From an uncultured bacterium (GTDB lineage: Bacteria > Eisenbacteria > RBG-16-71-46): 64,000 bases of DNA. Location: positions 26,194-90,193 of the forward strand of contig CAYQNV010000081.1 in the NCBI GenBank assembly GCA_964418975.1. The letters run 5' to 3'. The number at the start of each line of letters is the position of its first letter. The first letter of the stretch is position 1. The position numbers and the translations under genes were made by a program. This document shows, in pieces, positions 19,007 through 27,181 of the stretch. The notes beneath the pieces are model-generated. The model did not search any database and was not told the DNA's origin. It saw only the letters and a list, made by a program, of their open reading frames with translations.

Positions 19007-21262
19007 TCAGCGCCACACCCCACGGACGGCTTCCTCGTACGCCGGATGCGTCCGGACCCCATCCCAGAACGGGACCACGCGCGACCACCCCAACAGCGGA
19101 TCACGCTCGACCACTGCGCGCTTCACCGCGAGGAGCACGCGCTCTGGTGTCGCGGCGGCCGAGGCCGCGACGGTGAGCCAGAATGGCGACAGGAACTCGT
19201 GGCGTGACCGTGCTTCCATCTCGTCGCTCACGGCGAGAGCCAACTCGACTTGCCCGCGCTTGCCGTAGACCCACGCCAGCGTGCCGAGCGCCCAGGGATG
19301 CCGCCCGGAGACGCGCATGATCTCCGGAGCGAGTTCCAGCGCGCGGGCGTATTGCCCCGGCCAGGCGTAGGCCCGCATCAGGTTCCAGTGCGCGAAGAAG
19401 GAATCGGGGTCCACGGCGAACGAGCGTTCGGCTTCGGCGATTGACTCGTCGTGCTGCCCGGCGAAGCCCAGCACGTGCGAGTGCATGGCGCCGACCCACG
19501 CATTGAGTGGATCCTCTTGGACGGCTCGGCTCGACAAGGCCACGGCCTGCTCCGACGTCAATGTGCCCAGGCAGAACCCCCACAGGGCCCGTTGGCACAG
19601 TGCGCGCGAGTGGCGCGGGTCGGCGGCGAACGTGCGATCCCAGAGCGACTGCGCGCGTTCCACGTCCCGGTCGTAGCCCTCCACGACGGACGCCAACGTC
19701 ATCAACGCCTCGGTCATTTCGGGAGCGATCGCCAGCGCCCGTTCGGCGATGGCCTGGGCCTTGGGCATGACCTCCCCGGACGGCGCCGTGCCGAACACTC
19801 CCATCAGGCGATACGAATCCGCCAGCCACGCCATGGGCTCGGCATAGCGAGGATCCAGTTCGATGGCCCGCTCGAAACACGCGATGGCCTCGGGCAGGAA
19901 TCGGCCGCGCTTGTTCTGGAGCGCACGCCCGCGCAGGAACAACTCGTATGCCTCGAGGTTCTTGGTGCCGTGCCGGGCGCGCCCGCGGTCAGCCTCCTCG
20001 TGCAGCGTGCCACGCAGGCGGGAGGCGATGGCCTTGGCGATCTCGTCCTGTAGCTCGAACACGTCGGTCATCTCGCGGTCGTATCGCTCCGGCCAGAGCT
20101 GGTAGCCGTCCGCCACGTTCACGAGCTGGACCGTGATGCGCAGGCGGGAACCGGACCTTCGCACGCTGCCTTCCAGCACCGTGGTCACGTCGAGCTTCTC
20201 GCCCACGGTGCGCAGGTGCTCGCGTCGGCCCTTGAACGCGAAGCACGACGTGCGGGCGGCCACGCGAAGCCCCTCCAACTGGGCGAGCGCGTTCAGGATC
20301 TCGTCGGTGACGCCGTCCGCGAAGTATTCGTCGTCGGGGCCGCTCAGGTTCTCGAACGGCAGCACCGCCACGGACTTCTCGTGCGAACCCGCACTGCCGG
20401 ATCCCGCCGCGGCTTCGGACAGCTCCAGTCGCACATCCCGCATGTCGCGCGGTCGTGCGTCAGCGTCCTTGCGCAGACAGCGTCGGAGCAATTCGCGCAC
20501 GCGCAATGGAGTGCCGGGTGGGAGCGCGCCCCAGTCCGGATCGCGCTCGAGGATGCGCGCCATCAAGTCTGGCGTGGTCACCCCCGTGAACGCCGCGCGG
20601 CCCGTGAGGCATTCGAACAGCACACAACCGAACGACCACACGTCGCTCCGGCGATCCACGAGCTGGCCGCGCGCCTGCTCCGGGCTCATGTATGCGGCGG
20701 TGCCGAGGATCACGCCCGCGACGGTGGCGGCAGGGCTCGCGAGCGTTGGCGAATTGCAGTCACTCGGGCCCAAGGGCGGGCCCTCGTCCAGTTTGGCGAG
20801 CCCAAAGTCGAGCACCTTGGCCACGCGCGTCGGCGTGATCATGATGTTCCCGGGCTTTAGATCGCGGTGCACGATGCCGCGTTCGTGCGCGGCCTCGATC
20901 GCGGCGGCGACCTGCACGCCGATGGCGATGGCCTCCGCGGGCGGCAGCGCGCCCAGCGCGAGCCGCGCGGCGAGCGTTTCACCCGCGACCAGCTCGAGCA
21001 CGAGATAGGGCGAGCCTTCAGCCTCCTCGAGCCCGTGGATCGCGGCGATGTTCGGGTGGTTCAAGGCTGCGAGCGTCTGCGCCTCGCGCCGGAAGCGAGC
21101 GAGGCGCTCGGCATCCGCGGCGAATGCCTCGGGCAGGCCCTTGAGGGCGACCTCGCGCGACAGGCGCGAGTCCCGGGCGCGATACACCTCGCCCATGCCG
21201 CCCGCCCCGAGGGGAGCGATGACTTCGTATGGCCCGAGTCTCATGCCGGAGTGCAGGGGCAT
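19007..21262 (-). CDS. Ser/Thr protein kinase + TolB-N-like sensor + TPR repeats
   Basis: MPLHSGMRLGPYEVIAPLGAGGMGEVYRARD, HRDLKPGNIMI, DFGLAK. Then SVAVLPFENLSGPDDEYFADGVTDEILNAL...VLEGSVRRSGSRLRITVQLV. TPR C-terminus. Confidence 0.9.
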   Translation of the reverse strand: MPLHSGMRLGPYEVIAPLGAGGMGEVYRARDSRLSREVALKGLPEAFAADAERLARFRREAQTLAALNHPNIAAIHGLEEAEGSPYLVLELVAGETLAARLALGALPPAEAIAIGVQVAAAIEAAHERGIVHRDLKPGNIMITPTRVAKVLDFGLAKLDEGPPLGPSDCNSPTLASPAATVAGVILGTAAYMSPEQARGQLVDRRSDVWSFGCVLFECLTGRAAFTGVTTPDLMARILERDPDWGALPPGTPLRVRELLRRCLRKDADARPRDMRDVRLELSEAAAGSGSAGSHEKSVAVLPFENLSGPDDEYFADGVTDEILNALAQLEGLRVAARTSCFAFKGRREHLRTVGEKLDVTTVLEGSVRRSGSRLRITVQLVNVADGYQLWPERYDREMTDVFELQDEIAKAIASRLRGTLHEEADRGRARHGTKNLEAYELFLRGRALQNKRGRFLPEAIACFERAIELDPRYAEPMAWLADSYRLMGVFGTAPSGEVMPKAQAIAERALAIAPEMTEALMTLASVVEGYDRDVERAQSLWDRTFAADPRHSRALCQRALWGFCLGTLTSEQAVALSSRAVQEDPLNAWVGAMHSHVLGFAGQHDESIAEAERSFAVDPDSFFAHWNLMRAYAWPGQYARALELAPEIMRVSGRHPWALGTLAWVYGKRGQVELALAVSDEMEARSRHEFLSPFWLTVAASAAATPERVLLAVKRAVVERDPLLGWSRVVPFWDGVRTHPAYEEAVRGVWR

Positions 21263-21341
21263 CCTGTCATCCTACCGCATCCTCCCGCGCTCGTAAGAAA
21301 GGGCTTGTCACGCGCGCGAGCCGCCGGCAAGACTCCGTTCC

Positions 21342-21989
21342 ATGAAGCGTGAGTTCGCTCCCGATCGTCGCCGGCTCCTGAGACTCCTGGCGGCCGCTCC
21401 GTTCGCCTCGACGCTCGTCTCCCACCTCCTCGGCGTGGACGAGGCCGCGGCGGCCGAGGCGCGTGTCGCGGCCATCGACCGCGGCCGCGCCACATCCCCC
21501 ACGCCCGAGTGCGGCGACGACGACGAACCCACGCCGCCGCAGACCGAGGGGCCGTTCTACAAGCTGTCCTCGCCCGAACGCCGCTCACTGATCGAGCCGG
21601 GGCTCGCGGGCACCCGGCTGGATCTCTCCGGCCGCGTGTTCGGGCGGGACTGCCGCCCGCTCGCCGGCGCGCTGCTCGATTTCTGGCACGCGGACGGCGC
21701 GGGCCACTACGACAACGAGGGCTTCCGACTGCGCGGCCACCAGTTCACCGACGCCGAAGGTCGCTACCGGCTCACCAGCGTCATGCCCGGGCTCTACCCC
21801 GGGCGCACGCGGCATTTCCATGTGCGTGTCCAGCCGCGCGATGGTCGGGTGCTCACCACGCAGCTCTACTTCCCGGGGGAACCGCGGAATCGCCGGGACG
21901 GGCTGTTCGCGCCGGAGCTGCTGGTGGCGCTCGACGAGGGCGGCAAGCCGCAGCGCGCGCGATTCCACTTCGTGCTCGACGCCAGCTGA
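21342..21989 (+). CDS. Intradiol ring-cleavage dioxygenase-like protein (protocatechuate 3,4-dioxygenase beta-subunit-like) with Tat signal
   Basis: Twin-arginine motif RRRLLRLLAAAPFAS. TEGPFY motif. HADGAGHYD and RTRHFHVRV, which look like metal-ligand-containing segments. ~215 aa. Confidence 0.65.
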   Translation: MKREFAPDRRRLLRLLAAAPFASTLVSHLLGVDEAAAAEARVAAIDRGRATSPTPECGDDDEPTPPQTEGPFYKLSSPERRSLIEPGLAGTRLDLSGRVFGRDCRPLAGALLDFWHADGAGHYDNEGFRLRGHQFTDAEGRYRLTSVMPGLYPGRTRHFHVRVQPRDGRVLTTQLYFPGEPRNRRDGLFAPELLVALDEGGKPQRARFHFVLDAS

Positions 21990-22595
21990 CGGCGAGCCGC
22001 CCGCCACGGTGCAGCGCTCAGTGTTCGCACGAACTGAAGCGCGGACTCGCTTACCTCGTCATCGGTTGCAGGCGGCGAAAAGTGGAGGAGGGTGTTGATG
22101 TGTCGGGCGGCATGCCCACGGGGAACGCGATCAACTTCATCGTTCACGGCCAGATGAACAGGAATCCGGTCACGATGCGCAGCACGGACTGCAGCTGCGG
22201 GACCCAATGGCTCCATCGGGTCACGAGACTCGTTACGCTCAAGCTGTCCTGCCACAATTCCGGATCCGTGTCAGCACTCAGGGTTCCCAACATACTCCCA
22301 CGGTCCCATCGGCGGGTCAGGGCCTGAGAACGAATTCCAGTTGAGGTGTCGGGGATCCCGGCCTACCCTGTCATTTACCTCGGGGTCGCTCGTCGCGGGC
22401 CCGGAATATCGGCCGCACGGAAGTGACCGGTTGCAGCCGAGAGCCAGCGGCCGCACCGAGTCCTCGCAGATCTGCGCAGCCCCGGCTTCTCCTCACGGAT
22501 GCCCCTCGCCGGCCCTCCGTTCACTCCGACGAAGCCCCGGCGCACTCCCGCGGCACGCTGGGTTCCGCTCCAGGAACCCCGAGGAGGCGCTCCCC

Positions 22596-25313
22596 ATGCG
22601 ACCCCTGCTCTCGCGACTCCCGTCGTTCGTCCTGATCGCCCTCGCCATCGTGTTGCTGCCCCCCTGTGACGCAGCCGGCGCCCCGCCGGCCACGCTCAAC
22701 TACGATGGCAACTTGACCTCGGCGGAGGGCAGGCCGCTCAGCAGCGGCCACTACGATTTCCGGTTCGCGCTTTACACCTCACCCACCGGCGGAGTTCCGA
22801 TCTGGACCGAGACGCACGCCCGCGTGCAGGTGAACAATGGCTCTTTTCACGTCGTCCTGGGCAAGGGCAGCCCCGGCGTCACGCTCGACTTGCCGTTCGA
22901 CCAGCAGTACTACCTGGGCGTGAGTGTCGATGTGGACCCCGAACTATCGCCGCGCGTCGAGCTCATGCCGACGCCCTACAGCTTTCACTCCCGCATGGCG
23001 GACCGGGTCGCTGACACCTCGGTGACCACCACGCACATCGCACCCGGTGCGGTCACCGACGAGAAGATCCGCAGCGTCAGTTGGAGCAAGATCACGGGCG
23101 TCAACGGCAGTGCGGGCGTGCCCTCGGCGGTGTGGTCGCTCAAGGGCAACTCGAACTCCAATCCGAACCTTGATTTCCTCGGCACCACTGACGGCGCCGA
23201 CCTGGTGTTCCGCACCAACAACGAGCCGCGCTTGAGTATCCGCTCCGGCGGCGCGGGCGAGTTCCTGTCGGACTTCTACGCGAATGGCAGCATCACCTCG
23301 CGCCCGAGCTCCAGCAGCGGCGCGTTCCTGTTCGGCGACCAGTCGGTGGGTCTCGAGCGCCCGGGATCGTCATCGGACCTGCGGCTGTTCGGCCCGCCGT
23401 TCGGGTCGTTCTTCTTCGAGGGCGGCAATGTCGGCATCGGCACGCCGAGCCCGGTGAGCAAGTTGGAGGTGAACGGCGACGCGTCGGTGCGGCAGGGATT
23501 TACTGTCTACGGCATCACGCGCCTTACCCACGACGCGTCCTCGGCAGGGCCCGGCAGCGGCGCACTCATCGTGAGCGGCGGCGCGGGGATCGGCGAGAAC
23601 CTGAACGTGCAGGGCGCGGCGAGGGTCGCCGGTCTGGCCACGGTCGGCGGTACGTTCCACGTGTCCGGGACGACCACGCTGGAAGACACCACGGAATCCA
23701 CGAGCAGCGAAACCGGCGCGCTGGCGGTGCGAGGGGGTGTGGGCGTGGAGAAGAGCCTCACCGTCGCCAGGGACCTCGAGGTCAAGGGAGTCTCGACGTT
23801 CCAGGGCCAGCTGGAGGTGAGGGGTGGGAGCGAGTTCGCGACGCTGGCCGTGACCGGCGACGCCTCGGTAGGCGGCCGGCTCACCAGCACCGAAGGCATC
23901 ACCAACAACGGCTCGAGCCGGATGAACGGGCAGGTGGTCATCAACACCAACCTCGACGAAAGGGGCGACCGGCTGCAGCCCGACGCCTACCCGCTGCTCA
24001 TTCAGGGCAGCAGCCAGGGCATCATGCTCAAGCTGACGGGCGCCGACGCCGGCACCCCGAACGGGAACAACAACTTCCTCTCGTTCGTGGGCACCACGAC
24101 CAACCGTCTTCATGGCCATATCGCCGGGCTCACCGCCACCGAGCTGCACGCGGATGAGTACTACAAGTGGGAACAGGGCAGCCTCATCGCGCAGCAGACG
24201 CTTGCTGACCTGCACTTTGCGAAGGCGATCGGGCAGACGCTGGCCTCGGCCCTGTCCACCACGACCTGCCTGGGGTTCGGTGCGTGTCAGACGCTGCCGA
24301 TCGTGTCATTCATCATCGCGTCCGTGTCCGAGATGGCGCTCACCGGGGCGGAGGTCGTGATCACCGCCGGGGACCTCCTCTACTGGCGGCAGACGATGGA
24401 CAACAGCGTACTGAACGGCGGCGTCACCTATTCGTCGAGCGCCGCGGACTACGCCGAGTGGCTGCCAAAGGCTGACCTCGCCGAGCGTCTCTACCCGGGA
24501 GATGTCGTGGGTGTGCGAAGCGGCAGAGTGAGCAAGGCCACCGACGGCGCCGAGATGCTGATGGTCGTGTCCACCAATCCATTGGTGCTCGGCAACACTC
24601 CGCCGCAGGGCAGGGAATCCGATTACGTGAAGGTCGCGTTCATGGGACAGGTGCCGGTGAAGGTGTTCGGCAAGGTCGAACCGAGCAACTACATCGTGGC
24701 GAGCGGAAACGGCAACGGCTTTGGCGTCGCGCGGCGCGCGTCGGACTTGAGCGCGCCGGACTACCCCAACATCGTCGGCATCGCTTGGTCGGGATCGGAC
24801 GCCACCCACATGGGCTACGTGACCGTGGCGGTGGGCTTGGATCGCAACAGCATCGCCCGCCTGGCGATCCGGCAGGATACGGAGCTCCGGGCGCAGGCGA
24901 GCGAGATCGACGGCCTCCGGCGCCAGCTCCAGCAGACCCACACGGCGCTGGCGAGGCTAGTGCCGGGCTTCGGCGCTGCCATGGCGGGCACCACGGCTAC
25001 CGTCTCCACCCCCGCCTCGGCTCCCCTGCCCTTGCGGACTTTGGACGCTCCGGCTCCGCGACCGTCGGCCTCGTCGGACGGCGAGGCGATCGGGCCCGGC
25101 CACACGCATTCCGCGGCGAATCACCCGGGTGGACTCGTGTCCCGTGCGGACCTCGAGCAGGGCGTGGACGAAGCCGTCGACCACCTGCGCCGCGCAGGCG
25201 CGACCGTCGAGAACAACGCGTTCCTGCGTCAGCTTACGCAGCCGGGTTTCCGCGACAAGTTCATCGCCGACATCCAGGCGCGCGTCAACCAGCAGCCTTC
25301 GCAGTCCCGATAG
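22596..25313 (+). CDS. Secreted phage tail-fibre-like repeat protein with coiled-coil and IMC-like C-terminal module
   Basis: ATG preceded by GAGGAGG. Signal peptide MRPLLSRLPSFVLIALAIVLLPPCDAAG. N-terminal motif LNYDGNLTSAEGRPLSSGHYDFRFALY. Tail-fibre repeat signatures KGNSNSNPNLDFLGTTDGADLVFRTNNEPRLSI and GNVGIGTPSPVSKLEVNG. Ser/Gly/Thr-rich beta-helical repeats. C-terminal ADYAEWLPKAD...YPGDVVGV...MLMVVSTNPLVLG segment. Predicted coiled coil IRQDTELRAQASEIDGLRRQLQQTHTALARL. Confidence 0.75.
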   Translation: MRPLLSRLPSFVLIALAIVLLPPCDAAGAPPATLNYDGNLTSAEGRPLSSGHYDFRFALYTSPTGGVPIWTETHARVQVNNGSFHVVLGKGSPGVTLDLPFDQQYYLGVSVDVDPELSPRVELMPTPYSFHSRMADRVADTSVTTTHIAPGAVTDEKIRSVSWSKITGVNGSAGVPSAVWSLKGNSNSNPNLDFLGTTDGADLVFRTNNEPRLSIRSGGAGEFLSDFYANGSITSRPSSSSGAFLFGDQSVGLERPGSSSDLRLFGPPFGSFFFEGGNVGIGTPSPVSKLEVNGDASVRQGFTVYGITRLTHDASSAGPGSGALIVSGGAGIGENLNVQGAARVAGLATVGGTFHVSGTTTLEDTTESTSSETGALAVRGGVGVEKSLTVARDLEVKGVSTFQGQLEVRGGSEFATLAVTGDASVGGRLTSTEGITNNGSSRMNGQVVINTNLDERGDRLQPDAYPLLIQGSSQGIMLKLTGADAGTPNGNNNFLSFVGTTTNRLHGHIAGLTATELHADEYYKWEQGSLIAQQTLADLHFAKAIGQTLASALSTTTCLGFGACQTLPIVSFIIASVSEMALTGAEVVITAGDLLYWRQTMDNSVLNGGVTYSSSAADYAEWLPKADLAERLYPGDVVGVRSGRVSKATDGAEMLMVVSTNPLVLGNTPPQGRESDYVKVAFMGQVPVKVFGKVEPSNYIVASGNGNGFGVARRASDLSAPDYPNIVGIAWSGSDATHMGYVTVAVGLDRNSIARLAIRQDTELRAQASEIDGLRRQLQQTHTALARLVPGFGAAMAGTTATVSTPASAPLPLRTLDAPAPRPSASSDGEAIGPGHTHSAANHPGGLVSRADLEQGVDEAVDHLRRAGATVENNAFLRQLTQPGFRDKFIADIQARVNQQPSQSR

Positions 25314-25323
25314 GCGGTGACCC

Positions 25324-26490
25324 ATGAGAAGCTTACCAACCGCCCGCGACGTCCTGAGGCGAACTCGAGGACTGTGGCTGATGCTGGTGGCGAGCGTGCT
25401 GCTCGCCGCCGTGATGGTACCGGCCTCACGGAGCCAGACCCGGTCCGGCACTGAACCCGCCGAGGATCCAACCGCCACCCTGGCGACGACGGTCAAGAAG
25501 CAGAAGAAGATGCCGCAAGTGGGTCGCGACAAGATCAAGAAGGCGAAGATCAAGATGGCGTCCGAATACGAGCTGTCGGCGGACGGCACCGACTCGACGC
25601 TCACCGCGATCACCGAGTTCGACAGCAAGGGCAATGCGTTTCTCAAGCGAACGAAGAATCGAGAGGGCGCGTTCGACGATGAAACCGTGGTCGTGGACCC
25701 CGACCTTGACGTGGTGAAGAAGATCACTCGGAACGCGGACGCGACCGAGCTGGATCTGGAATACGATCCCGACACCGCGGTCACGTTCATCCGCATGAAG
25801 AAGAACGGTCTGGCGATCGGGCACATGCAGCACGAGTACGACGGCTCGGGTCGGCTGCACCGGATCTACTCCGACATGGCCGACTCCACCGGGCGCACGC
25901 CCGCGCGCTACGCCACGACCGAGCTGGCGTACGACGCGCTCGACAACGTCTCCGAGGTCGTGACGAGGGACCACCGCGTCACGAGCCTGAACCCGAGCGG
26001 GGACCGGCCGGTGGCGCGGGTGCGCCACACCTACGACGCCGACGGCCTGGTGGAACGTACGGATCGGTTCCAGACCGACCTGCTTCAGGTTCCACCGGGG
26101 CCGGACGTGCTGACGCTGTTCACGCTTCACGAGTACGACACCCACAAGCGGCTCGTGCGCGCTCGGAGTTTCCGGAGGTACGACACGGGAGACTCACTTG
26201 TCGCCGAGGAGACCCACGCCTTCGACACGGACGGCAACGAGATGGAGACAGCGCATCTCGTGCCACTGGCCGGCGTGCCCGACACCCTCACCGCGTTCGC
26301 CCCGGGCCTGACCCGCGAGGCGCTCGTGGCCAGCCTGCCGAGACTCTCGGTGCTGGGCGTGAAGAGCACGACCACCTCGAGGATGTTCGATTCGTTCGGC
26401 AACATCACCAGCGAGACGACCGAGGAGAAGGTGCGCGGCGTGACGACGGCTAGAAAGGTGAAGCGGACCAAATTCGCAAAGTTCGATTGA
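25324..26490 (+). CDS. Secreted short YD-repeat (RHS-like repeat) protein with lysine-rich N-terminal region
   Basis: Signal peptide GLWLMLVASVLLAAVMVPASRS. K-rich stretch TTVKKQKKMPQVGRDKIKKAKIKM. At least seven xYDxxG(R/N)L-type repeats: EFDSKGNAF, EYDGSGRLHRIY, AYDALDNV, TYDADGLVERTD, EYDTHKRLVRA, AFDTDGNEME, MFDSFGNIT. Starts 10 nt after the preceding gene. Confidence 0.7.
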   Translation: MRSLPTARDVLRRTRGLWLMLVASVLLAAVMVPASRSQTRSGTEPAEDPTATLATTVKKQKKMPQVGRDKIKKAKIKMASEYELSADGTDSTLTAITEFDSKGNAFLKRTKNREGAFDDETVVVDPDLDVVKKITRNADATELDLEYDPDTAVTFIRMKKNGLAIGHMQHEYDGSGRLHRIYSDMADSTGRTPARYATTELAYDALDNVSEVVTRDHRVTSLNPSGDRPVARVRHTYDADGLVERTDRFQTDLLQVPPGPDVLTLFTLHEYDTHKRLVRARSFRRYDTGDSLVAEETHAFDTDGNEMETAHLVPLAGVPDTLTAFAPGLTREALVASLPRLSVLGVKSTTTSRMFDSFGNITSETTEEKVRGVTTARKVKRTKFAKFD

Positions 26491-26576
26491 GCGGCTGGAG
26501 CCGGAGTAGCGCTCGACGCGATTCGAGCGAGCATCCGACTCCCGCCGCGAGAGTCCCGGAATCGTGGAGGTGCAAG

Positions 26577-27134
26577 ATGAGAGGACATGTTGGAGGCAGC
26601 CACCTCGCGGCGGTCGCACTCGCGCTCGTCGTGACCGCGGGCACGGCTCGTGCCGAGGGCTCCCTCGAGGCGGAACAGGATCCCGGCAGCGAGGTTGCGA
26701 TCGTGGAGCCCGGCACGGGGGTCCGGATCCTGATGAGCCGCATCGGATACGCGTTCGCCAGCACCCTGCTGCGGCCGCCGGTCGAGGAAGGACTCCTGAT
26801 CACTCGCGCCGCAAGCGAGATGGAATCGTCACTCCCGGTGGCCTATGCGCTTGGTCGCAACTTCCCCAACCCATTCGTCGGCCGAACGCGGATCCGGTTC
26901 GACCTCCCGAGCGCGAGTCGGGTGAAGTTGGAAGTGCTGGACATCGCAGGTCGCGTCGTCCGCACGCTGGTGGACGGCACGATCTCCCCGGGTCGTCACG
27001 GCCAGGAGTGGACTGGCACCGACGGCCGTGACCAGGCGGTGGCGCCTGGCATTTACTTCCTGCGGGTGGACGCGCGAGCCACGACGGGCACCGGCGGGCT
27101 GCAGAAGGTGGAGAAGCTGCTGCTGCTTCGATAA
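26577..27134 (+). CDS. Small secreted protein consisting mainly of a T9SS-type (Por_Secre_tail / FlgD-Ig-like) C-terminal sorting domain
   Basis: ATG preceded by GGAGG. Signal peptide. C-terminus FPNPFVGRTRIRFDLPSASRVKLEVLDIAGRVVRTLVDGTISPGRHGQEWTGTDGRDQAVAPGIYFLRVDA...KVEKLLLLR. This matches the NPF...V.L.V.D..GR.V..L.....G.H...W.G.D..G..V..G.YF.R pattern of TIGR04183-like CTDs. Only ~70 aa of cargo. Confidence 0.65.
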   Translation: MRGHVGGSHLAAVALALVVTAGTARAEGSLEAEQDPGSEVAIVEPGTGVRILMSRIGYAFASTLLRPPVEEGLLITRAASEMESSLPVAYALGRNFPNPFVGRTRIRFDLPSASRVKLEVLDIAGRVVRTLVDGTISPGRHGQEWTGTDGRDQAVAPGIYFLRVDARATTGTGGLQKVEKLLLLR

Positions 27135-27146
27135 GGCCACGTGCGG

Positions 27147-27179
27147 ATCGAGGCGCGGACCCTCACCCGCGCCTCGATC
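27147..27179. terminator. Perfect 13-bp inverted repeat hairpin (gatcgaggcgcgg-N7-ccgcgcctcgatc) between convergent genes; bidirectional intrinsic terminator candidate
   Basis: Read directly from the sequence between the taa stop at ~27132 and the convergent gene end at 27182. No clear U-tract on either side. Confidence 0.5.
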
Positions 27180-27181
27180 GG

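Noticed and set aside
21866-22255. 129-aa minus-strand ORF in the long intergenic region
   Set aside because: It overlaps the 3' end of the dioxygenase gene by ~120 nt. No SD. Composition unremarkable. The plus-strand small-ORF candidate with a strong SD was reported instead, as low confidence.
22341-22595. N-terminal 85-aa extension of the tail-fibre ORF in the ORF track
   Set aside because: The extension is low-complexity (RASGRTESSQICAAPASPHG...). A strong GAGGAGG SD precedes the internal ATG at 22596, which is followed immediately by a classic signal peptide.
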